Below are positions 1 to 8,745 of a DNA stretch of 64,000 bases, piece after piece. Origin of the DNA: an uncultured Gemmatimonadaceae bacterium (GTDB lineage: Bacteria; Gemmatimonadota; Gemmatimonadetes; Gemmatimonadales; GWC2-71-9); contig CAYXIK010000008.1 in NCBI GenBank assembly GCA_964465315.1, forward strand, positions 21,735 through 85,734, read 5' to 3'. The notes beneath the pieces are model-generated. The model was given only the letters and a program-made list of their open reading frames with translations. It searched no databases and had not been told where the DNA came from. The stretch's first letter is position 1; each line of letters begins with the position of its first letter. The position numbers were made by a program, and so were the translations under genes.

Positions 1-436
1 CCAGGTCCTCGCGAGGCACGCTCCCATCCGGGACGTGCACGCATTCGGGCCGGATGTTCACGTGCGCGAACAGGTTCTCCCACATGTACCGACGGTAGCT
101 GTGGGGGCTGTCGGCGGGCATCGGGTAGTACTCGTCCAGGTTGAACGTGACGACCCGCGAGAAATCCACCTCACCCGCCTGGTGCCGCCGGATCAGCTCG
201 CGATAGATCCCGAGCGGAGTGCTCCCGGTGGCGAGGCCGAGCACGCAGCGTCCGTTGGTCGCCGTCGCGTTCGTGATCACCTGGACGATCCGGTCGGCGA
301 GGCGGAGCGCGAGGTCATCGTGGTCGGGAACCACGATCGTCGGGATGCGCTCCCGCTCGCGCAGCGCCCTCCCGTCGGTGGACGCCCGCGCGGGCTCCAT
401 CGGGCGGCGCCCGAACTGGACGTCGTCCTTGATCAT
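1..436 (-). CDS. nagB: Glucosamine-6-phosphate deaminase, partial (runs off window start; not in ORF track)
   Basis: Manual translation from ATG 436: MIKDDVQFGRRP...CVLGLATGSTPLGIYRELIRRHQAGEVDFSRVVTFNLDEYYP...SYRRYMWENLF; contains the NagB motifs GLATGSTP and TFNLDEY. Confidence 0.92.
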   Translation of the reverse strand, partial: MIKDDVQFGRRPMEPARASTDGRALRERERIPTIVVPDHDDLALRLADRIVQVITNATATNGRCVLGLATGSTPLGIYRELIRRHQAGEVDFSRVVTFNLDEYYPMPADSPHSYRRYMWENLFAHVNIRPECVHVPDGSVPREDL

Positions 437-481
437 ACGGAAGAATACGTTCGGCGAAGGCGGCGGGGCAGGTGCGTGTCG

Positions 482-1108
482 CTACACCTTCACCTCGATG
501 GTCGCGCCGCGTTTGTGGCGGATGTACAGCCATGCCATCGGCACCACCATCATCCCGGCCGTGAGAATCGTCAGCGCCAGCAGCACGGCGGCGAGCAACA
601 CGCCACGCTGCGCGGTCGCGGCGGCATCGAACATCGCGGCGTCCTGACGCGCGAGGAGCACCACCATCGCCTGTCGGGCCTGCGTGGCGGCCGCCGGGTC
701 GAGGCTCGACAACCCCGCCGCGACGGTATACGCGAGTTCTCGGTCCTCGGGCTTTTCCATCGCGTTGCCCAGCGAGGCGAGCTGCTCTCGCAGCGCGGCG
801 CGGATGCTGTCGCGTTGCGCCAGCGCCTCGGGACGTCGGTAGGCGGGGTCGGTGCTGGTCATCATCTGGCGCCACACCTCGAGACCTGCGTTGTACCGGT
901 GGAGGGTCTGCGTGGTCCGGGCCCCCCGTTGCACGGTGGCGGCGGCCCGCTTGAGCGAGGCGATCAGGTCGAGCCCGAAGAAGAGCGCGACGACCAGAGT
1001 GACGGCGCTGATGGTCACCGCGATGCCCGGTCGGATGAACGTGTAGTCCTTCATCGCGATCGCGAAGGAGGAACGGGGCATCGAAGGGCGCGGCTCTGAC
1101 GGGGTCAT
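482..1108 (-). CDS. Two-TM membrane protein with a helical extracytoplasmic domain and no cytoplasmic output domain
   Basis: TM1 GIAVTISAVTLVVALFFGLDLIA, helical middle, TM2 GVLLAAVLLALTILTAGMMVVPMAWLYI, 12-aa tail. Start is ATG 1108 (or 1054) because a promoter lies at 1142-1170. Confidence 0.7.
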   Translation of the reverse strand: MTPSEPRPSMPRSSFAIAMKDYTFIRPGIAVTISAVTLVVALFFGLDLIASLKRAAATVQRGARTTQTLHRYNAGLEVWRQMMTSTDPAYRRPEALAQRDSIRAALREQLASLGNAMEKPEDRELAYTVAAGLSSLDPAAATQARQAMVVLLARQDAAMFDAAATAQRGVLLAAVLLALTILTAGMMVVPMAWLYIRHKRGATIEVKV

Positions 1109-1141
1109 GGGACGGTCGTTCCCGAGGACGAGTGAGCGGAG

Positions 1142-1170
1142 AGGGTATCCGCGGCCGGAGGATGTGTCAA
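1142..1170 (-). promoter_or_regulatory. Sigma70-type promoter TTGACA-N17-TACCCT
   Basis: Perfect -35 at 1170-1165, 17-bp spacer, -10 at 1147-1142. Confidence 0.6.
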
Positions 1171-1239
1171 GCAACCCTCGGAACGGAAGAGAGCGGCTGT
1201 TCGGCGGCGTAACGTGGCTGGTGAGAGTCGAGACGCCGA

Positions 1240-2103
1240 TCAGCTGAAGCGGGAGGCGTAGTCGCGCGCAAAATCGCGGATCGTGCGGGGCGGCCGGCCG
1301 AGTAGCCGCTCGGCATTCGGCGAAACGGTGGCGGTCGGTCCTCCCGCCCGCTGGTACGCCGCGATTGCGAGCATCGCATCGATGGTGGTCGTGGCGACAC
1401 CCCGCGCGGTCAGGCGCGCGCGGGCCTCCTCCATCGTGATGGGCCGATAGTCGATCGTTCGTCCGGTCGCCTCCGAGAGCGCGCCCGCGAGGTCCGCGTA
1501 CCCGACGGCTTCGCCGCCGGTGAGAACGTACTTTTGGCCGACGTGCGCCTCCGCATGGAGCAGCACCTCGGCGGCAACCGCCGCGATGTCCCGCGTGTCG
1601 ATGAACGGCACGCGCCCGTCGCCGATGGGCGCGTAGATGACGCCTTCCGCACGCACCGAATCGGCCACGTCACCCAGCCAGTTCTGCATGAACGCGTGTG
1701 GACGCAAGATGGTCCATTGGAGCCGCGTGCTCAGCAGCGCCTGCTCGACCGCCCAATGCTCGCGCGCGATGGTCGACCTGGAGTGGTCAGATGCACCCAG
1801 TGCGGAGAGCTTGACGACGTGCTTGACGCCCAGCTCTTCGGCTGCCCGAAGAACGCCGATCTGGGTCCGCGCGAAATCCGGCTCGTTGCCGGTCAGGAGG
1901 AAGAGTCGATCCGTCCGGTCCAGCGCGACCTTGAGCCCGCGGGTGTCCTCGAGATCGGCGCGCACCCAGGAGACGTTCGGTAACGCACGCGTCTTCCTCA
2001 CGTCGCGGTGCAACGCACGGCTGTCCACCCCCGCGGCCGACAGCAGGCGAACCAGCTCGCTACCGATGGTACCGGTGCTGCCCGTGACCGTGATCAGCAC
2101 CAC
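1240..2103 (-). CDS. NmrA-family / atypical SDR NAD(P)H-binding oxidoreductase
   Basis: Rossmann motif VTGSTGTIG, WTILRPHAFMQN, GDGRVPFIDTRDIA. Confidence 0.88.
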   Translation of the reverse strand: MVLITVTGSTGTIGSELVRLLSAAGVDSRALHRDVRKTRALPNVSWVRADLEDTRGLKVALDRTDRLFLLTGNEPDFARTQIGVLRAAEELGVKHVVKLSALGASDHSRSTIAREHWAVEQALLSTRLQWTILRPHAFMQNWLGDVADSVRAEGVIYAPIGDGRVPFIDTRDIAAVAAEVLLHAEAHVGQKYVLTGGEAVGYADLAGALSEATGRTIDYRPITMEEARARLTARGVATTTIDAMLAIAAYQRAGGPTATVSPNAERLLGRPPRTIRDFARDYASRFS

Positions 2104-2128
2104 GGTCTCACGTTCGGCCGCCGCGTCT

Positions 2129-2284
2129 CTATAGGCCAGCGGCGCGCAGGGCGGCCGGGGGGACGGGCCCCGCTGCCAACAGCAGCTCCGGCCGGAGCGC
2201 GCTCGAGCCTAGGCACCACCAGGCCGCTAAGGCGCGAAGGCGTCGCTCGTACAACTGCGTTGGTAGGTAGACGGTGATGGGCAC
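2129..2284 (-). CDS. Possible 51-aa small ORF (MPITVYLPTQLYERRLRALAAWWCLG...)
   Basis: GTG 2284 to TAG 2129, purine-rich AAGGAAAAGG about 10 nt upstream; no family recognised. Confidence 0.2.
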   Translation of the reverse strand: MPITVYLPTQLYERRLRALAAWWCLGSSALRPELLLAAGPVPPAALRAAGL

Positions 2285-2354
2285 GGGCTGCGAACCTTTT
2301 CCTTAGTAATCAACCTTCTCCATCTATAGTTCCTGCCGCCACCGGTTGTGCATC

Positions 2355-2383
2355 TTGACCCTTTTCCAATTTGGGCGCATATG
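2355..2383 (+). promoter_or_regulatory. Putative sigma70 promoter TTGACC-N17-CATATG for the histidine kinase
   Basis: Located in an AT-rich intergenic stretch about 100 bp before the GTG start. Confidence 0.35.
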
Positions 2384-2480
2384 TACTGCGCGCCCCAAGT
2401 GCCAACGGAATCGTCGACGTGACCGGCGGCCGCGTGCTGCGTCGCCGCCCGGTTGGGGTAGTGCGCGTGTGGGAGCCTCG

Positions 2481-3614
2481 GTGACGGAACCGGAGACATT
2501 CGTCGACGGCAGGCGCGAGATCCTGCGGCAGGCGAGCGTGGCCCTCGGCGGCCGTCCCGTGACGGTCTGGGAGGTCTCCGCGCGCGCTGAGCTCGAGCCG
2601 CAGAGCTCGAGCGACCCGGCGCCTACCCATCACGCCACCAAGTTGGACGTCGATGCCACGCTGCGGCGCTGGAACATCCCCATCGTCCAGGGGAGCCGGT
2701 GGGTGGGGTGCCAAACGCCGGCCGGGCCCTGGGTGGTCGCGCCCGTGCGTACCCGGCCTCCCGCGCCGCCCCCGGAGGGCCGCGAGCGGCGCAGCCGCGA
2801 ACGCCTCACACTCGAGCTCGCCGGCTTGTGCCTCGGTCTCCTGGACCGCCGGGAGCCGGTGCAGGGCCCCGCCCGGGCGGACCCGCTTCAGGACATCACC
2901 ACGCTCCCGGGCATCATCGCTCACGAGCTGTCCAATCCCCTCACTGGCGCCCGCGCCGGCTTGCAGGCCGCCATGGAGTCGCTGGGTCGCTGGACGGAAG
3001 TGGCGGCTGACCGGCGACTCGAGCTGCTCGACGAGCTCGGACAGATCGTCGAGGACATCGACCGCTCGGTCGCGTTCCTCCGAGCGGTCAAAGATCGCGC
3101 GCGCGGGGCGCTGGCGCGTTCGGAGCGATTCGACGCGGTTCGGGTCGTCCGCTCCTGCTGCACGCTCGAGAGCCGGGTGCTGAAGGAGAAGCGGATCCCG
3201 CTCGAGTTCGACTCTACGCTCGAGACGGTGTATCTGAAGGGCGACCCCAACGCGTTCTACGATCTCCTCGTCAATTTGGTCCGCAACGCCGCGGACGCGA
3301 GCGCGGCCCGCCCCGCGCCGATCCGCGTTGGCCTCGCCCATGTGGGGAACGCTCTCCGACTGACCGTACGGGACGAGGGCGCGGGCATCCGCCCCGCGGA
3401 CTTGGATCGGATCTTCGAGCCCGGCTTTACCACCAAAGAGTTCGGGGAGGGGAGTGGCATGGGCCTGGTGGTTGTGCAGAGCGTGGTCCGCAACATGTTC
3501 GCCGGCAACATCGCCGTAGATTCGGCGGTGGGGAAAGGCACCACTGTTTCGGTGACGATCCCGATCCCTCCGCAGCGCTCCGTCGATTGGGTGCCCGAGG
3601 GCAGTCGTCCGTAG
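2481..3614 (+). CDS. Cytoplasmic sensor histidine kinase (HisKA + HATPase_c), orphan
   Basis: H-box IAHELSNPL, N-box NLVRNA, G1 DEGAGI, F-box FEPGFTTK, G2 GSGMGL; GGAG before GTG 2481; no TM segment. Confidence 0.9.
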   Translation: MTEPETFVDGRREILRQASVALGGRPVTVWEVSARAELEPQSSSDPAPTHHATKLDVDATLRRWNIPIVQGSRWVGCQTPAGPWVVAPVRTRPPAPPPEGRERRSRERLTLELAGLCLGLLDRREPVQGPARADPLQDITTLPGIIAHELSNPLTGARAGLQAAMESLGRWTEVAADRRLELLDELGQIVEDIDRSVAFLRAVKDRARGALARSERFDAVRVVRSCCTLESRVLKEKRIPLEFDSTLETVYLKGDPNAFYDLLVNLVRNAADASAARPAPIRVGLAHVGNALRLTVRDEGAGIRPADLDRIFEPGFTTKEFGEGSGMGLVVVQSVVRNMFAGNIAVDSAVGKGTTVSVTIPIPPQRSVDWVPEGSRP

Positions 3615-3639
3615 CGACACGTATTGCCAGGAGATCTTC

Positions 3640-5187
3640 GTGAGACCTTTTCGTCTACTGGCGGCAGCCGCGGCGCTCGCCGCGTCGGCCCCGTGCCCCG
3701 TTCACGCCCAGGAGCTGACCGTCGACACGGCCGGCGCCGGCGTACTCATCGATCAGGCGTTGAACCACTCGCAGGTGATGGAAAATCTCCAATACCTGAC
3801 GGACGTGATCGGTCCCAGGCTCACCGGGTCGGCCGCTGTGCGCCGCGCGAACGATTGGACGCTCGATCGCTTCAAGAGCTACGGGCTGGACGGACGCCTC
3901 GAGGCCTGGACGTTCGGGGGCACCTGGACGCGAGGTCCGATTCGGGTGCGGCTGGTGGCGCCGCGGGCGCACGATGTGACGGCCGCGAGCTGGGCCTGGG
4001 CCCCAGGGACCGGCACGGGAGGAGCCACGTGGACAGGTCCGGTCGTCCGGATCGACGCGACCACCCCGGACAGCTTCGCCATGTACCGAACCCGGGTGAA
4101 GGGCGCGTGGGTTATGACGCGCGCGCCGGCGCCCGTCTGGAATGGCGACGGCCCCGCCATGTCCGCGGCCGACTCGCAGAGCCAGCGGGAGTATTTCCGC
4201 AACGTCTTCACGCCGTTCCGGGACGCGGACTCGCTCACGCGGGCCCGCATGCAGCAGTTCGCGAACGACGTCCCGTTCCTGCTGCAGCGCGCCGGCGCGC
4301 GCGGCATCGTGCTCGACGCCGGCAAGGAGCACGCGCTCCTCAACATGAGCGGCTCGCCGAATCGCATCCTCCCTCTCCCGCAGATCGTGGTAGCGCACGA
4401 GGACTACGCGATGTTCGATCGCCTGCTCCGCGCAGGCACCACACCGCGGCTCGCCGTGAGCGTCACGAACGAGCTCACGCGTGACTCGGTCGCGCAATGG
4501 AACACCGTCGCGGAGATCCGCGGCAGCGAGCGCCCGGGACAGGTGGTGATCGTCGGCGGGCACCTCGACTCCTGGGACCTGGGCACGGGCACCACTGACA
4601 ACGGCACGGGGGCGATGTGCGTGCTCGAAGCGGCGCGCGCGATCGCGCAGTCAGGCTTGAAGCCCAGGCGGACGGTGCGCTTTGTTCTCTTCACGGGTGA
4701 AGAGCAGGGACTCATCGGCTCGCGCAAGTACGCCGAGGCGCACGCCGCCGAAGCCGATTCGATCCAGGCCGTCATCGTGCTCGACAACGGCACGGGCGCA
4801 ATCACGGGACAGGCACTGCAGGGGAGGACGGATCTCGAGGCCCTGTGGCGCGCCCTCCTGGCGCCGGTCGCGAGCCTGGGTGCTGACTCGGTCGTGAACC
4901 GCACCAAGGGCGGCACCGACCATCTCTCGTTCCTGCCGTACGGCGTGCCGGGCTTCAACTTCAACCAGCTCGAGCGCGGTTACAACCACACGCACCACTC
5001 GCAGTCGGACACATACGACATGGTGATCCGGGCCGACCTCACGCAGGCGACGGCCGTGATGGCGGTATCCGCCTACGAGCTCGCGAACCTCTCGGCCCTC
5101 ATCCCGCGGGGCGAGCGGACCCCACCGATGCCGGTGGAAGCGGTGAAGGTCAGCGACAGCTTGTTGGTGAAGGGGAAGCGGCGTTGA
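3640..5187 (+). CDS. Exported M28-family metallopeptidase (carboxypeptidase Q-like, PA insert)
   Basis: Signal peptide; Zn ligands GHLDSWD, DNGTG, GEEQG, TDH, HHSQSD. Confidence 0.9.
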   Translation: MRPFRLLAAAAALAASAPCPVHAQELTVDTAGAGVLIDQALNHSQVMENLQYLTDVIGPRLTGSAAVRRANDWTLDRFKSYGLDGRLEAWTFGGTWTRGPIRVRLVAPRAHDVTAASWAWAPGTGTGGATWTGPVVRIDATTPDSFAMYRTRVKGAWVMTRAPAPVWNGDGPAMSAADSQSQREYFRNVFTPFRDADSLTRARMQQFANDVPFLLQRAGARGIVLDAGKEHALLNMSGSPNRILPLPQIVVAHEDYAMFDRLLRAGTTPRLAVSVTNELTRDSVAQWNTVAEIRGSERPGQVVIVGGHLDSWDLGTGTTDNGTGAMCVLEAARAIAQSGLKPRRTVRFVLFTGEEQGLIGSRKYAEAHAAEADSIQAVIVLDNGTGAITGQALQGRTDLEALWRALLAPVASLGADSVVNRTKGGTDHLSFLPYGVPGFNFNQLERGYNHTHHSQSDTYDMVIRADLTQATAVMAVSAYELANLSALIPRGERTPPMPVEAVKVSDSLLVKGKRR

Positions 5188-5192
5188 GCAAG

Positions 5193-5672
5193 CTATTCGG
5201 CCTCAGCCAGTAGCTTTTCGAGATCGAGCGCCCGCGTATGCATGGCGATTGTGCCGTCGGGCGCCCGCGGCCACTCCCGTTCCGGCCGATCCCGGTACAA
5301 CTCGACTCCATTGCCGTCGGGGTCTCGCAGGTAGATCGCCTCGCTGACGCCGTGATCGGCCGCTCCCTCGAGGGGCACGCCCGCGTTCAGCACGCGTCGC
5401 AACGCGGCGGCCAGGGCCTTACGGTCGGGGAAGAGAATGGCGAAGTGGTACAGCCCAGTCGTTCCAGGCGCGGGCGCGGGCGCGCCTCGCCCGGCCCAGG
5501 TGTTGAGCCCGATGTGGTGGTGGTAGCCCCCCGCCGAGAGGAACACGGCATCCCGCCCGTAGGTGGTCGTGACCTCGAAGCCGAGCACGTCGCGGTAGAA
5601 GGCGAGGGCGCGGTCTAGGTCCGCCACAGTGAGGTGGACGTGGCCGATACGGGTGCTGGGGTGAATGGCCAT
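5193..5672 (-). CDS. VOC/glyoxalase-family protein (CatE-like)
   Basis: MAIHPSTRIGHVHLTVADLDRALAFYRDVLG...YHHHIGLNTW...DHGVSEAIYLRDPDGNGVELY; the true start is far downstream of the 722-aa track ORF. Confidence 0.88.
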   Translation of the reverse strand: MAIHPSTRIGHVHLTVADLDRALAFYRDVLGFEVTTTYGRDAVFLSAGGYHHHIGLNTWAGRGAPAPAPGTTGLYHFAILFPDRKALAAALRRVLNAGVPLEGAADHGVSEAIYLRDPDGNGVELYRDRPEREWPRAPDGTIAMHTRALDLEKLLAEAE

Positions 5673-5717
5673 CAATGTGTGAACGCTCGAGAGTTCCACG
5701 ACGGTTACATTCTTTGC

Positions 5718-7346
5718 ATGAACTCTATTCCTCCGATCCCAGCCCCGGTCAACGAGCCCGTCCTGAGCTATGCGCCCGGTGCTCCCGAGCGGGCGGAGCT
5801 CAAGCGCACGCTCAAAGACCTCTCCAGCCGTCAGCTCGACGTCCCCCTGATCATCGGTGGCCGGGAGGTCCGGACGGGGACCACGACCGATGTCGTCATG
5901 CCGCACTGCCACCACCACGTTCTCGCGAAGGTCCAGCAGGCGGGTCCCGCAGAGGTGCAGGCGGCAATCGCGGCCGCGCTGGACGCCTGGCGTGAATGGT
6001 CCGGATGGGGGTTGGAACGCCGGGCCGCGATCTTTCTCAAGGCCGCGGATCTCCTTGCGACGCGATATCGGCCGATCGTGAACGCGGCGACCATGCTCGG
6101 GCAGTCGAAGACCGCTCATCAGGCGGAGACCGACGCGGCCTGCGAGCTGATCGACTTCTTCCGCTTCAACGTCCACTACGCCGAGCGGATCTACGCCGAG
6201 CAACCGCTCTCCGTGGCGGGCGTATGGAATTACCTCGACTTTCGCCCGCTCGAAGGGTTCGTGTATGCGATCACGCCCTTCAACTTCACGTCCATCGGCG
6301 GGAACCTGCCCACGGCGCCGGCGATCATGGGCAATACCGTGGTGTGGAAACCCGCGGCGACATCGGTGCTCTCGAACTATTTCATCATACGATTGCTGGA
6401 GGAAGCGGGTCTTCCGCCGGGCGTAATCAATTTCGTCCCCGGCCCATCGGCGCAGGTGTCCGAGCGCCTGTTGGCCGACCGGGCCTTCGCCGGTATCCAC
6501 TTTACCGGCTCGACCGAGGTGTTCCAGACCCTGTGGAAGCAGGCGGCCGCGAACCTGACGTCCTACGCGACCTATCCGCGCCTGGTCGGTGAGACGGGAG
6601 GGAAGGACTTCGTGCTGGCGCACGAGAGCGCCGACGCGGACGCGCTCGCGACGGGGCTCGTGCGTGGCGCCTTCGAGTATCAAGGTCAGAAGTGCAGCGC
6701 GGCGTCCCGCGCCTACGTCCCGGACGCAATCTGGCCACAGGTCCGCGATCGGATGCTGGCGATGCTGGCGGAGGTCAAGGTGGGCGACCCCGCGGACTTC
6801 CGCAATTTCATGGGAGCGGTGATCGACCGGAAGGCGTTCGACAAGATCAAGGCCTACATCGATGCCGCGAGGCGCGCGCCGGGGGTGAACGTGCTCTTCG
6901 GCGGCGGTGCGCACGACTCGGACGGCTACTTTATCGAGCCCACCGTGCTCGAGAGCCAGGATCCGACGTACCGCACGATGTGCGAGGAGATCTTCGGCCC
7001 GGTGCTCACCGTGTACGTGTACCAGGCCGCGCGCTGGTCCGAGACGCTCCGCGTGGTGGGCGAAACATCGCCCTACGCCCTCACCGGCGCCGTCTTCGCG
7101 CAGGATCGACGCGCGGTGGAGGAAGCCAAGCAGGCGCTCCGATACGCGGCGGGCAACTTCTATATCAACGACAAGCCCACCGGGGCGGTCGTAGGTCAGC
7201 AACCCTTCGGCGGAGCCCGCGCCAGCGGCACCAACGACAAGGCGGGCAGCCTGTTCAACCTGATTCGCTGGGTGAGCCCGCGGGCGGTCAAGGAGAACTT
7301 CATCCCGCCCCGGAGTTTCACCTACCCGTTCATGGCCGAGTCGTGA
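5718..7346 (+). CDS. pruA: L-glutamate gamma-semialdehyde (P5C) dehydrogenase
   Basis: NEPVLSYAPG, PFNFT, FTGST, GETGGKDF, catalytic GQKCSA, EEIFGP, NFYINDKPTGAVVGQQPFGG. Confidence 0.93.
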   Translation: MNSIPPIPAPVNEPVLSYAPGAPERAELKRTLKDLSSRQLDVPLIIGGREVRTGTTTDVVMPHCHHHVLAKVQQAGPAEVQAAIAAALDAWREWSGWGLERRAAIFLKAADLLATRYRPIVNAATMLGQSKTAHQAETDAACELIDFFRFNVHYAERIYAEQPLSVAGVWNYLDFRPLEGFVYAITPFNFTSIGGNLPTAPAIMGNTVVWKPAATSVLSNYFIIRLLEEAGLPPGVINFVPGPSAQVSERLLADRAFAGIHFTGSTEVFQTLWKQAAANLTSYATYPRLVGETGGKDFVLAHESADADALATGLVRGAFEYQGQKCSAASRAYVPDAIWPQVRDRMLAMLAEVKVGDPADFRNFMGAVIDRKAFDKIKAYIDAARRAPGVNVLFGGGAHDSDGYFIEPTVLESQDPTYRTMCEEIFGPVLTVYVYQAARWSETLRVVGETSPYALTGAVFAQDRRAVEEAKQALRYAAGNFYINDKPTGAVVGQQPFGGARASGTNDKAGSLFNLIRWVSPRAVKENFIPPRSFTYPFMAES

Positions 7347-7939
7347 GCGGGGGGGGCCCACGGCCGCCCATCCTCGTGCTGGTGATGGGCGGCGTCTTCG
7401 TGCTCCTCGTGGCGTCGCTCCTGATCGGATCGCTCACACGCCCTGAATTCCCCCCGTTCGCGCTCACGCGGCCGCGCCCCACGCCGGTGGGTGACTCACT
7501 CGTGGGTCCGGCCACCTATACGGTGGACGCGGCCGCCACGGACCGCTGGCGGACTTTCGATTTCGGACGCAACGCCGCCGTGGACTCGGGTCCGTGGGAC
7601 ATCGCGTTCCGTCGCTTTCATCTGATCACCGCCCCCGGCGGCGGCATCCTTGATCTCGGCACGGTGCCGTTCGACTCGGTGCGCGAGCTCCCGGCGACGG
7701 GCTACCTCCCGAACACCGTCGGGTCCGACACCACCAATCCGGGTGTGGGCAAGTGGTATGCGTACAGCATGCTGAGCCACCTCCTCACGACCAAGCACCA
7801 CGTGTTCGGAGTCCGCACGCCGGCCAAGAAGTACGCCAAGCTCGAGCTGTTGGCCTACTACTGTAAAGACGCCGGGACGGCCTGCATCACCTTCCGGTAC
7901 GCCTACCAGGGCGACGGGAGTCGACGCGTCGCTCCGTAA
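7343..7939 (+). CDS. HmuY-family heme-binding protein with an N-terminal membrane anchor
   Basis: GTG overlaps the pruA stop (GTGA); WDIAFRRFHL, YAKLELLAYYC, ITFRYAY. Confidence 0.72.
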   Translation: MSGGGPRPPILVLVMGGVFVLLVASLLIGSLTRPEFPPFALTRPRPTPVGDSLVGPATYTVDAAATDRWRTFDFGRNAAVDSGPWDIAFRRFHLITAPGGGILDLGTVPFDSVRELPATGYLPNTVGSDTTNPGVGKWYAYSMLSHLLTTKHHVFGVRTPAKKYAKLELLAYYCKDAGTACITFRYAYQGDGSRRVAP

Positions 7940-7947
7940 GCGAAGAA

Positions 7948-7971
7948 CCCCCGGCCTCGGTCGGCCGGGGG
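7948..7971. terminator. GC-rich hairpin between convergent genes
   Basis: CCCCCGGCC / GGCCGGGGG 9-bp stem. Confidence 0.6.
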
Positions 7972-7999
7972 CTCGCGGTGTCGTCTATTGGTTGGCGGC

Positions 8000-8176
8000 T
8001 TACTTCGGCGGCAGGATCTTGAACATCCCCGTGCCGCAGACCGGGCACACGCCCTTCAGCGCGGGACGGCCGTTGGCCATCTTCACCTGCTGGGGATTCG
8101 AAATCTTGCGCTTCGCCTTGCACTTCACGCAGTAGCCCTCATCCGCTGCCATCGGGGCTTTTCCACCCTTCGCCAT
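8000..8176 (-). CDS. 58-aa basic zinc-ribbon protein, DUF5679-like (not in ORF track)
   Basis: MAKGGKAPMAADEGYCVKCKAKRKISNPQQVKMANGRPALKGVCPVCGTGMFKILPPK; two CxxC; GGAGGA RBS upstream. Confidence 0.85.
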   Translation of the reverse strand: MAKGGKAPMAADEGYCVKCKAKRKISNPQQVKMANGRPALKGVCPVCGTGMFKILPPK

Positions 8177-8288
8177 TGCGCGTTCCTCCGTTCGGGGGCA
8201 TGGGCAGGGGGGTGTGCATCACTCGCTGGCGGGGGTAGCTCCCCCGGTTCACCCCCGCCCCGGACGGTGACAACATAATACCCCCTGC

Positions 8289-8531
8289 TTAATTCGTGGG
8301 AGCGGGGCCTGCGGGAGCAGCGTCCGAGAAGCCGTTCCGCTTGTGAGTTCCGTCACAAAACGGTTTGGTCGCCGACCCGCCACAACGGCACAGGACAACG
8401 ACTTCCGCCGGCCGGCCGTCCTTCCGGGGGGGCACCGGTAGCTCCCGGCCGTCGGGGGTGACGATCCGAACCGGACCCTCGACGACGAGGGGCCCATTGG
8501 CCTTGGGCGTGATACGGGTGACGTCGTTCAT
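8289..8531 (-). CDS. CDGSH iron-sulfur domain protein
   Basis: NGPLVVEG...LCRCGGSATKPFCDGTH. Confidence 0.9.
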   Translation of the reverse strand: MNDVTRITPKANGPLVVEGPVRIVTPDGRELPVPPRKDGRPAEVVVLCRCGGSATKPFCDGTHKRNGFSDAAPAGPAPTN

Positions 8532-8745
8532 GCCCAACAATAACGGTCCGGGTGGGCGATCCAAACGGGGGATGCGTCGGGGTGGACATCGCCGGCGAGA
8601 TTGCGCAAACTGCACGCGGCCTGGGAGGAGTCGCTCGGGGCAGAAGGAGGGACCGCACGCCCGACTTCGCCGACGGCGCCCCCAGGCCTTCGTTCCTCCG
8701 TTCTGGAACGGGCGTGCGATGGATAGGGTATCTTCCACCGCGCTC

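Noticed and set aside
2770-2850. PilZ domain in the orphan kinase
   Set aside because: RxxxR is present but the D/NxSxxG motif was not found
4006-4022. GGGACC(GAC)GGCACGGGAGG shared between the M28 peptidase and the SRPBCC gene (about 34122-34141) as a mobile mini-repeat
   Set aside because: Short, and explainable by convergent Gly/Thr loop codons in GC-rich DNA
8618-8688. SRP (4.5S) RNA or a known riboswitch
   Set aside because: Lacks the SRP GGAA tetraloop and AGCAG motif and any recognisable aptamer consensus; kept only as a low-interest hairpin
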